Below, piece after piece: positions 48,365-59,874 of a DNA stretch of 64,000 nt (positions are counted from its first letter, which is position 1; each line of letters starts with the position of its first letter). The stretch is from Adineta vaga. Its lineage: Eukaryota > Animalia > Rotifera. The stretch spans positions 1,922,001 through 1,986,000 of the forward strand of contig CP075492.1 of the NCBI GenBank assembly GCA_021613535.1, read 5' to 3'. The position numbers and the translations under genes are program-made. The notes beneath the pieces are model-generated. The model searched no databases. It saw nothing but the letters and a program-made list of their open reading frames with translations, and had not been told where the DNA came from.

Positions 48365-49697
48365 GTTGACTGTAAATATTCTGTTAGCAAGAACGTAGGA
48401 GATTGTTTACAATCATTTAATTCCTAGAAAAAGATAGTTTATACATTCGAAGTATTTTATAAAATATTCTTTCAAAGAACTTTATATTTTTCTGGGGAAT
48501 TCATACGTGAGCAACATATATCTCTCTTTAATAAGAATGGTTTTTTTTCGAAACTCATGTTTCATCTTTAACATGTCTCAAGAAAATGAGCAGATATCCT
48601 GAGATGTTACAGCTTGGTAAGTAAATGCTTTAGGATGAGAATGAGGGTCAGTGTCGGTGAGGATGTCAGTGTGTAAGTAAGGGTGTATAAGTATGGTGTG
48701 GATGCAGTTGCGAGTATGAATGTCGCTGTAGGTGTAGTATATTTATCTTACCACGCGCTCACACCCACACCCTAAATTTCACTCGATTTTTGCATTGCGT
48801 GCACCTTAATATAATGCTTTAGAAACGAAATTTTTTTCTTACCTTTCAGCAGCAATCATAATACGTGAATGAAGCTGCACGCTGTATTTTTACCTGTTCT
48901 TCAGAAAAATAAACAATCAGCGTATGATATAAAAAACAACTGTCACTGACGCAATGAATCATAACTATTACTCATCGTACAAATAATCGTCTCAATATTG
49001 ATTATGTTATTTATACATCCAATGTAGAACTAACTATCAAACTTGATACATTAACTGAAACTGCAGCGATTGTTGGATTAAAATTTTCTTCTAATACAAA
49101 TAATTCATCAATACAACCTATTCTTATTTCACAAGATTCAATATTACATGCTAAATGGGACGATCTATGTATTACAATTCCTTTGAAACCAAATAATGTA
49201 TCAATATTACGTAAACTTCCAAAATTTGTTTGTTGAAAATTTTCTTTTTGAGACAAATAATGATTTGAAATAAAACTTTTGATCATTGGTAAAGCGAAAT
49301 GAATAGCTGCGAGGATTTCTTTTTGGATGTGATTATAACAGTAATGGAAATATTCATCAGTATTTTTATGCGTTTTCTTTCCTTTTCTTAATAAAACTTT
49401 GATGACAATTTCTGAGAAAGTAGAAAATAATATTTTAAAAAGGATGAGAAATGATTCACAGAAAATCTATGTAATTTTTTCTTAGTAATGAATATCTAAT
49501 AAAGTCATCTGTCTGATTTAGTTAACAACGCAATTGTTTGCTACATAAACCTGTTCTTTATATTATTGTTCATGATGCACTTTTTTCTATATAAACATAT
49601 TCTTGAAATTAAAAGAGACGTAAAAGGCTTCTTTTCATTCTTCAAAAAAACATTCTCCTGACATATACTTTCTTTTACAGGGTAATATCGAGTTAAA

Positions 49698-51547
49698 ATG
49701 TTATTTCAATGTATTCTTATTTTATTGGGAACTAATTTGTCTATTTCAACAAGATCAATTATAATATATAAAGATACTCAATTTATTTCCAATACAGATT
49801 CTTATTTGATTGATATGTTCATTGTTCAATCTCGAGATCAATGTATTTGTCATTGTTATACTAATGAAAACTGTGTAACACTTACCTTTATTGGTATAAA
49901 TCAAACTTGTTTATTGTATTCTTCACAATTTCAAATTGAAAATTTACAATTAGTTACCTATGATATGAATTCTCTTGTTATAATCTTATCAGATCGAATG
50001 ATTTCAAGTAAATACATTTAAATATCGAATTTCCTTTTTATTCTCAAATAATCTTTAGCAACCATTCAGACATCATCAACAACCTCAACTCCAAGCTCAA
50101 GTTCAACATCAACAACAATCTCAAGCACCAGCTCAACATCAAGCTCAACATCAACATCAACTTCAACAACAACAGTAACAACAACAAGAGCATCTTGTGG
50201 AATTACATGTATTGATACAATAATCTCTCAATTAAATCGTGTTGCATTCTATTCCTTTGATAAAAATCTCTCAGATAGTATTGGTAATTATTCAATGAAT
50301 GCAAATTTTACACCAAATTATGTAAAAGGATGGATTGGTTCAGCTATTAGTTTTACATATAATAATCATTCATTTATTCAAACATCACATATTCCATTAG
50401 ATTCACGTTCATTTACAATTGATTTTTGGTTTTATGTAATTGATTTAACAAGTTTTCGAGATCTTGGTTTTGGTGGTGAATGTGAATCATCAACAAACAA
50501 TAAATGTTTATTTCTTAATATTCGTAATAAACATCTTCGTATAGTATTTTTTGGTGCTGATACACCGAGCACAACAAATTTATTAATAAATCAATGGTAT
50601 CATACAACATTTGTATATGATTCAACAATAAATAAACAATCTATCTATTTAAATGGTATATTAGATGGAAATGCAACAGTATCAAATGATTTTTTAGGAA
50701 CAACAGGATTATTTACAATTGGTGGTGCACAAATTGGTGGTGATTCCGATTCATTTGTTTTTTATTCAGGTTATATTGATCATTTTGGAATAAGTTATCG
50801 AATTAAAAGTCCATGTGAAATTTATTTAAATGCAATACTTTATTGTTATTTTTCATTTGATTCTACTTCATTTTTAAATGATTCAGGACCAAATTATTTA
50901 AATTCAATTAATACAAATGGAATACCAACAATTGGACGAGTAAATCAAGGAATACAATTTTCATCTTCATTATCTTATATAACTATTAACGAAGTTAATA
51001 TTTTAAGTACTTCAAATAATCCATTTACAATATCAATGTGGATTAAACCATTTAATCTTACTGGTGGTGGAACACTTCTTCATACATCGACACAAGTCAA
51101 TGGTAGAATATTTAATAATTTTTTTGTTTCCTTTAGTTATTCATTTTATTTTATTTTTAAGGCCAAGGAAATTGTTATGCATTATGGGGTTTTACTTCGA
51201 ATGGTTCATTTATAATGAATTTTATTAATTCATCAAATAATATCAATCCAGTAATAATTTCATCATCATTATTCTCAATAAATCAATGGACACATATTGT
51301 TCAAATATTTGATTCATTAAATAGAACTTATTTGTATTTGAATGGAAATCTTCTTTCAACAATTTCTTTATCATCAACAAGTCAATCAATTGGATCATAT
51401 GTTTATCTTGGATCATCACCAATCAACTTGAATCCTTGTAGATCAGGATTGATTTCTATGGGACAATTTTATGGAATTATTGATGAATTTTATATTTTTG
51501 GAAAAGCAGTAACAGCAAATGATATTTGTCGTTTAGCAAATCCTTAA
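49698..51547 (+). CDS. Secreted protein: PAN/apple-like domain, Ser/Thr linker and two LamG/ConA-like domains (3 exons)
   Basis: Signal peptide; C.C.C...C..C module; SFTIDFW..NQWYH..IYLNG..GYID and FTISMW..NQWTHI..LYLNG..GIIDEF. Confidence 0.85.
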
Positions 51548-51805
51548 AGTTTTCTTTCAATTTATTTATCATAATTTATAATAAATCCTAACGGGTGTGA
51601 GCAAGGATGTTGTACTCGCGTGAATAAAAATAAATTCTGTTTTCATCTTTGTTTTATAGAGTTGTATCAGTTGAATTTGTTGACTATCTTCTATGTTTAA
51701 TATCCATTTGAAAGGATATATTTGACCAATCTTAATCTTTTGTAAATCCATTCGATAACTTCTAGATGGTAAAACAAAAAGAATAAAACCAAGTGATTGA
51801 GGAGT

Positions 51806-51895
51806 ATCTTGATTGTGTGTGTGTGGTGTGGGGTCTCTCTATTCACCCACACCCACACCCACACCCACACCCACACCCACACCCACACCCACCCT
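51806..51895. repeat. Telomere-derived fold-back patch with a long (TGTGGG)n arm
   Basis: Minus strand: AGGGTGGG(TGTGGG)7TG-AATAGAGAGA-CCCCACACC..ATCAAGAT. Confidence 0.95.
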
Positions 51896-52612
51896 TTGTA
51901 ATGTCGTTAGATTCAATCGTTCTGCTTGATTTTTAGCAATGTTTATACCTTCAATCGATGTATCAAATCCTACTACATCATAACCTTTTTGTGCAAGCCA
52001 GATAGAATTTCGTCCTTGACCCATAGCAATATCTAATACTTTAAAATTATTTAATGATGGATTGTATTCTTCGATAAATTGTTTCAGAAACTTATTTACG
52101 TTTGAATTAAAATTTACTAAAGACTTTGATTTCTTAAAATAAGTGTTCCATGTTGCCAGTGATGAATAATATTCTTGTTCATTCAGACTTCTCAATAGCC
52201 AAACAGTTTCATTCATATTATCTATTCCAAATATTCTAAGTTTGTTATATATATATAACTGACCTTTATCTTCTACTAGTGGTGTATAATGAATATATCT
52301 ATCAAATGTTAAATAAGAAAAATTGTAATACATTGATGTATGAACAATATATATTTCCCATGTATTTTTAATTGCTCCTGGTGGATGATCTATCATATTA
52401 TTAATGATTTTATATTTAATTCCAGTAAAGAAATGTTCTAATTCTATAATACAATTTTTTGCATCATTATAATTCATTCGATATTTGATTTGTAAATGAC
52501 TGATAATATATTGAATATCATTCATTGGAATTTGAACTTCGTCATAAGATTTCGATAAAATTCCGTATATGAAAAATATACAATTCAGAAGTAGATTAAC
52601 TATTATCTTCAT
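51896..52612 (-). pseudogene. Signal peptide, GRDP/DUF1399-like region and class I SAM methyltransferase, truncated by telomeric repeats
   Basis: VLDIAMGQGRNSIWLAQKGYDVVGFDTS (motif I and post-I). The frame becomes VGVGVG before the rest of the fold. Intronless. Confidence 0.8.
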
Positions 52613-53125
52613 GACAACTCTCTCTTTTTTTTTATGAAAACTTGTATGTCTTATTAGTTACAGATAATGTTTTACAGGACCATAATGTATCTGTAGAATG
52701 ATATAAATAAATTAGAAGAAACTCGAGAAAAACAATATTGAGTATGTGTAAGTAATATATCAATAAATCGATACTCTCATCTATTTTTAACGTAATTCAG
52801 TTTTATTCGCATTTTCATCTCCTTACAAATTCAAAGGAAGTAAAAGAAAAACCCTTTTTCTGAAGTATATTCAAGTGTGTATCAATAAATAAATCTTAAT
52901 ATTTGAGGGTGAGGGTGTGGGTGAAGAAGAAATACATTGACGCCAAGGGAGAAGAGGCGAGACTTCAAATACTTCCGGAAGTATTTCAATCGTGAAGTCT
53001 CGCTTTTTCCCCTTCCTTGACTCACATCTCACACCCTCACTCTCTATTCTATTCTGTAAAACTTTATGTACAAAGGAAAGTGTTTATTTTGTTTTAAAAT
53101 CTTCAACTATAATTTCATTTATAGT

Positions 53126-54297
53126 TCATAGTTTACTTTTTTCTTGTAATACTGGTGTTGCCATAATACTATTCACGATATCTTCAGTCAACAACATACC
53201 ACTATTCCATGTACGCTATAAAATAAAGATTTATTTAGAAAAAGAAAATTCTGCACGATAACATACCACAAAAGTAAAATTATCATCGACAGTATGATCA
53301 CGTGCATAATTCAAATTGATTTTTGAACCTTGTACAGCTATAGAACTCTTTTGACCAATAACATTTCCTAAAGATATTGCTGCATCAAGTAAAGCTTCAC
53401 GACTATCAAATACACGACTAGAAATATTAAAACAAGATGAAGTTATAGAAGACAATTTTCATCAATATTCTTTACCTAATAAGTCCAATTTGTTGTGCTT
53501 CGTTAGTATCGAATTTTCGTGATGTATAAACAAGTTCACGAAAGAGATTATGATCAGTAATTAATTTCGGTAAAATTTGAAGAGTACCAACATCAGCTGC
53601 TAAACCCATATCGACTTCCTAAAGATATATATATATATATATATATTTAATATTCGATAATCAATGTATAAGAATACTTTGATAGAAAATGTTGTATCAC
53701 GTGTACTATAACGAATATCACAACAAGCTGATAGATCAATACCAGCACCGAGACAAAAACCATGAATAGCAGCTATGATTGGTTTTTCACACTTGAAAAT
53801 CAAAACTTTATTGAAAAAAGGGAAAGTTATCGTTTTAGTTTAATATTTACTTTATCTACTGCTCTTAAACATTCTTGGATTCGTTGTATCATATTTCGAT
53901 TATGTAATACTTTTTGTGCTATATCATCAATTTCAATAGATTCAGCAGCAGCATTTGATAAATATGTTATATCAATACCTGAACAAAATATCCTCAAAGA
54001 AAAATACGTTATTTACAAAGAAAGAAAAATTTTACCAGTACTAAATGCTCTACCATTACCAGTTAATACTATAACTCGACATTCCTTTTCTTTATTTAAT
54101 TGTTCAAAACATGTTTTCAAGTCACTTGTTAGTCAAAGATATCATTTGGATAAATATATACTAGCAGAAGAAATGTCTTACTCGAATAATTGTTGATTCA
54201 TAGCATTGAGTTTGGTTGGTCGATTTAATTCAACCAGAAACACATGAGGCTTTGGTTGACTTACTTTCAAGGTTTCATATGCGAGTAATAATGACAT
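53126..54297 (-). CDS. ECH1: Delta(3,5)-Delta(2,4)-dienoyl-CoA isomerase (crotonase family), multi-exon
   Basis: VELNRPTKLNAMN, KPIIAAIHGFCLGAGIDL..CDIRY, AADVGTLQ, AVQGSKINLNYARDHTV and C-terminal SKL (PTS1). Confidence 0.9.
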
Positions 54298-57200
54298 AGT
54301 TCGAACTGTGTGATAATCTAAAGTAAAAACAAAAAGAACATTTTATTTAAGATACGAGTCATCTGTGTGTGAGAGCTACTACGAGGACAATATTGTCTGA
54401 TTGGTGGTAGTTTTGGCTAATGAAAAATTTCAAAAAAAGAAGGCAGCGCTTGTTTATTTTTCGCTATTAATATTAAAATTTCATGCTTTCATAGAATAGA
54501 TCATTTTGTCAGTGGGTATTTTAATATAATGCGGATGAAAGAAAAAAAAACAATCTCATTGTTGCTCCCGTTACAAAGATGAATATTAACTCTATTGTTT
54601 TATCTTGTCTGTTCTGTTGAATTTTGTTTCAAAGAGAACAAAATCATTTGAATTCAACGAAAAGAATATAAGAAAGACGAGAACGTGGACTTTAAAATGG
54701 ATCACAGATGTTAGACCAAATGAAACATATTCGAAAGGAAGCGTTTTTATGCCAGCAGATACACACGGATTTTAAGTGATCGATCTTCTCAATAAAAGTC
54801 CAAATAGTGAACATCGAGATAAATGGTGAGAATCACACTATGTTACCATGTTTAATACTAAGAGAAATAGATAAAGTGTATCTTGATATATTCTACGGTC
54901 ATTGTTTCTGTAGGAGTTGTTCATCAAAATGAATATGGAAAAGATTCAATAATCCAAAATTGACCAATATCATATCATGAAACTCGAAAACAGAATATTG
55001 ATTCAATTCTTAGACATCGTCGAATTATGTTTCTTGGTGACCGACTAAATGATGATATCGTTCTACCTGTACGACTCGATGAATGTCATGCTCATGTTTC
55101 ATCTACGATTCTTTATTCTCAACACGATGTTTATACACCTCCTGAACATTTTCAGTATAATTCATCCTTTCGTTCAACAAATCATAGAATCAAGTCACTC
55201 TTACACTGTCAAGTAAAACCTCAATCTTTCAGAAAATGTCCAGAAACGCTGCTAATAACAACGCAGTCGAATGGGTGGTATCCGATAAGACAGTAGTTAT
55301 TCCATATGGTCTTTTCATTGGTATTTTTTGTTGAGTAGGGCGAGCGTGTCACTAGAGAAATGAAAGTCACACCCTCGCACACACCCTAAATTACAGTAAA
55401 GATCTTTGATATACAATCAAATATCAAGAAAAATATAAAGAACGTGATGAAAGCAAATTATTTAATAAAACTAATAAAGATTTCTTTTTTCATTGACGTT
55501 AATACTTTATTGACGAGAATATTTAATACGTGTTAAATTATTGATAAAGAGTGACAAATTAATATTTAACGACACTAGAATAGAAATATATTTTATCAAA
55601 ATTGTAAGAAAAAAGATTTGTTCGAAATGTTTTTTTCGAATATTTTGATCATCTTTCTTTTACATAAAAACAACGAAATATCAGGTAAAACTTTATTATT
55701 GTAGAACTAAGATCTTCTAAAATACATTGATTTAGGTTTTTCTTTTCATCGACCAAAATTTTGTTCGACTATAACTTGGAATCCAAATGCAATTACATTT
55801 GCTACTCGAGCAACTCTTGGTTTAAATCCTTATAGTATATTTATAAATACAAATAATACATTGTTTGTTCTTAGTCGAGATGAGAATCAAATGTTAGCAT
55901 TGTTTGATAATAATACTAATCCAACTGAACTCTTTTCTGGTATTTTATCAAGACCTTTGTCTCTTTTCGTTGCAAATAATGGTGATATTTATGTTGATTC
56001 AAATGAACAAGTTTATAAATTGATATGGAATATAAGAACTGTTCATACTGTTATGTATGTTAAAAATTCATGTTCAGGTCTTTTTCTCGATATTAACGAT
56101 ACACTCTTTTGTTCAATGGCTACTCAAAATCAAGTTGTAAAACAATGGTTAGGTGATCCTATCATCAATTCGACTGCGGTGGCTGCGGGTACAGGTTTTT
56201 CAGGTAATGCATCGAATATGCTTGATATTCCTCAAGGAATATTCGTTGATGAAAATTTCCATTTATATGTTGCGGATTGTGGAAATCATCGAATTCAACG
56301 ATTTCCAGAAGGGCAACTTAATGGAATTACAATATCAACAGGAAATATTTCACTTCGTTGTCCAACTGGAATTACATTAGATTCTGATGGATATTTGTTT
56401 ATTGTCGATCAAAGTAATAATCGTATTATTGGATCTGGATCATATGGATTTCGATGTCTAGTTGGATGTAATGGAGAAGGATCAGCATCTGATCAATTAG
56501 ATTATCCACGTAGTCTTAGTTTTGATACATATGGTAATATGTTTGTGACTGATTATGCTAATAATCGAATTCAAAAATTTCTATTATTAAAAAATTCTTG
56601 TGGTAAGTTAAAGAATTTATATAATAAGATAAATATTTGAGTAAAGAATATCAATTTATTTTGGGTGTGGGTGTGGGCGTCCGCGATTGGCTAGTGTTCA
56701 CTCCACATACACACACCCACACTCTCAAACAGTATGTTAGAATTTTTTGAAAGATTATTTAAAAAGAATGAGACTAAATGAAGTTTATTGTTTGTTCATT
56801 TTAAATTCCATACTTTAATTTAGATGAAACAACTCATACAACTATTAATTCAGCAACAACCAAGGACTTCGCAACGACAATCGATTCAGCCACAACTATG
56901 GATTCCGCAACATCTGTCAATTTTGGAACAACAATCAAATCAACTACAAAAAAGATACATTCAAGAACAACACAGATTCAACAAGGTAGATTAATGTGAT
57001 ATTCGTTTCTATTGATATAAATAAGATTATATTTTCTAATAGATAGAACAACTATTAAATTGTCAACAGCAAATATTTATAAAGGTTTACTTTTATATTT
57101 TTTAAAAATGATAAATAAATTGAAAATATTTTCTTGATTTAGATCAAGCAATAACTGAAAGACATTCAATAGAAAGTCAAGAAGGTTTGTTTGAAAAGAT

Positions 57201-58408
57201 AAATATAAGAAATATATTTTTATAATTACTATTAAATTACTCTAATGAATCTTCTCGTTTTAATTTAAATAAAAGTACAACTACTCTAGAATCAATTGAA
57301 CTTTAACAAGGTTTATTTCTATTTGAAGCCATTTCAATAAAAAAAATGATTTTTTTTCTTTTAGCAGAAACAACAAGAACATTATCTTTTATAGATTGTC
57401 ATTCATTAAATTTAACAATAATTCCTAAAACATCATTTCCATTACGTTTTCGACGAAATGAAGCTTTTTATTTAAGTTCATATATTGAATTTAATTGTAA
57501 TAAATCATTTACAACTAAATACAAATGGATAATTTCTATAAATTCATCTACAATCGAATTCAATGAAACAACATCATCAGATATTTATATTCCATCTCAA
57601 ACACTACCTTATGGTTTTTATCAATTTGAATTGAAAATAACAATTTATATTTTATCAGATATTATTATTATTGAATCAAAATCTATATTTATAGAAATAA
57701 TTTCATCAGGAATAATTGTGAATTTAATTCCATATCAAACATCAATGATAACATTAGGATATAAACAATATCTTGAATTAAATCCTGGAAAATATTCAAT
57801 TAATCTTGATGGATATTCATTTGAAATAAATGTAAAATTATTTTTAAATAACAAATTTCTTGTTTTATATTTGTTTTTGAATAATTTTAGGATTGGTTAT
57901 ATAAATATTCATGTCAAATTTATAATTCAAATCATTCTTTTATATTTAATGATTATTTTAATTCATCATTGATATTTTCACTTAATTTATTAGAATTAAA
58001 TCAAACATATCAATTTATCGTTGAAATAACTCATCGTATTAATTCATTATGGAAATTTAATGGATATTTAATTGTTAAAATTCAAGAAAATTCTTCTCCA
58101 TTTATTTTGATTTCGTTAGTAACAAGAATTTTATTTAAAAAAAAGAAGAATTTCTATTTTATTTTTTTAAGATGTGTTATTTCACGATTATGTTATTCAA
58201 ATTCTGACTATAAAATACTTAATCCAACAACGCAAATATCTTTATTTTCACAATGTTTAGACAATTGTTCAATTAATCCAATAATTCAATGGAAGATTTA
58301 TCATGGAAAAATGAATATATCTAATAATATTCCTGTTTGGACATTAATTCATATTGATGAAGATCATGAATGTTATGGTATTTGAAAGATTTTCTTTATT
58401 TTTCTCTA

Positions 58409-58700
58409 TTAGTGTACTCAAAAAGTGAATACACTACTATAATCGGTCCGTCCATTTACACGATAATTCTTCACAACTATATTTGATTGAGCTGAAACTT
58501 TGTGAACATAATTGTCTCATCAATATCTCAGTCGCGTTCGTAGATGAGAATGATCTCTCGAGCAATGAATGAGTTATCGAAAAAATTTTCATTGTAGTTT
58601 TGTTCCGTAGACATTCTAAAATGGTTCATCTCTCTCATACACTTTTTCCAGTACACATAATTCTCGAATAGAATCCAAAGTTTCCGCATTAATTGATATT
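58409..58700 (+). mobile_element. Helentron-associated (HINE/DINE-1-like) intronic element
   Basis: TAGTGTACTC..GAATACACTA hairpin, then GTCCGTCC, ACACGATAA, GCTGAAACTTTG and ATCTCAGTCGCGTTCG blocks resembling this class. Confidence 0.5.
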
Positions 58701-59533
58701 TTCTAAGGATGAATATTCATCAATTAACATGTATAAAAGAATTATTTATTAACTATTTACAAATAAAATATTGGAGATTTGAAGTTATTTATTCATGGAA
58801 TGAAATAATTAGTTCAAGTTCAATAAATTTTCTTCGTAATACATGTCCATCAAATGGTATTTGTACAATTAATCCATCTAATGGAACTATTTATACTTTA
58901 TTTACAATTTCTTGTTCAAATTGGTATGATAAAGATAAAATTAAAGATTATTCAATCTATTGTATGTTTAAATTTTAAAATAAAGAATATCATTCGATTA
59001 AAATTATATTTTAGTTTGGACAACAGATTATTCAAAGAAAACAATTATTGGATTTAGTTTTGTTTCACAATTTCATATTCGATTACCATCATTTCATATT
59101 GATTTGTCATTAATTCATTTAATTATCGAAATACGTGATCGATTTGATTGTATTACTCAACAAAATTTATCTTCAATTAATATACTTCATTCAAATAATA
59201 ATTTAATAACAAATTCACTTTTTCATTTACTTTCATTTGGAAATCAAAATCACATTGGACAAATTATAACAATATTTTCTCAACAATTAAATTTATTTTC
59301 TTCAAGTAAATTAAAAATTTCTTCAATATCTTCTTTTTCTCTTTTTAAATTAGATTTAACTAATTTATCATTAAAACAAATTAATACATTTGCATATTTA
59401 CGAGAAGAATTAATAAATAAAATAAATTTTCCATTTTATTCCGAATTAAATTCAATTAAATTACAATTATCAATTCTTGTTCAATTAACTCAAATAACAA
59501 ATCAATTAACACGAACAACATCAGTAAGATATT

Positions 59534-59874
59534 CAGGGTCGAAGCAGCCCAGGTCGACCAATCCGATGATCTGACAATATCCTATCGAATCAAACATAGA
59601 ATCCTATAGTTTCCAAAAAACAGATTTCGACGGATCGGACAGGTGGCCATAGGATCGTAATAAAATATAGCTAAAAAGAACGTTCATAAAATTTGCAGCT
59701 TCCGACGGAAATTTTACTGACGAAATCCAATATCGGATTTGTCGACCTGGGAGGGGGTACGACTTTTTTTTACAAAGGCTAAAATTCTTTTTTATTTACT
59801 CTGAACACTAAAAAAACGGGGTTTTCAAAAGCAAGGGGACGGGTGTGACGCCTCTCCCCCTATTTATGCTACTG
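59534..59874. mobile_element. hAT-like MITE in an intron
   Basis: CAG...CTG ends with a perfect 8-bp TSD AAGATATT (59526-59533 and 59875-59882). Confidence 0.8.
59548..59751. mobile_element. Nested CCC-ended MITE
   Basis: 20-bp TIRs CCCAGGTCGACCAATCCGAT / ATCGGATTTGTCGACCTGGG with AG on both sides. Confidence 0.85.

Noticed and set aside
51697-51888. WVWVWV / VGVGVG / HPHPHP ORFs here and at 29524, 18872, 7394 and 16937
   Set aside because: These are translations of TGTGGG repeats, not proteins.
53762-54196. Plus-strand 144-aa ORF
   Set aside because: Antisense shadow of the ECH1 exons.
6844-56728. Patches as a CRISPR array or bacterial REP elements
   Set aside because: They are dispersed, variable in length and built from telomeric hexamers in intron-containing eukaryotic DNA, with no regular repeat-spacer period and no cas genes.
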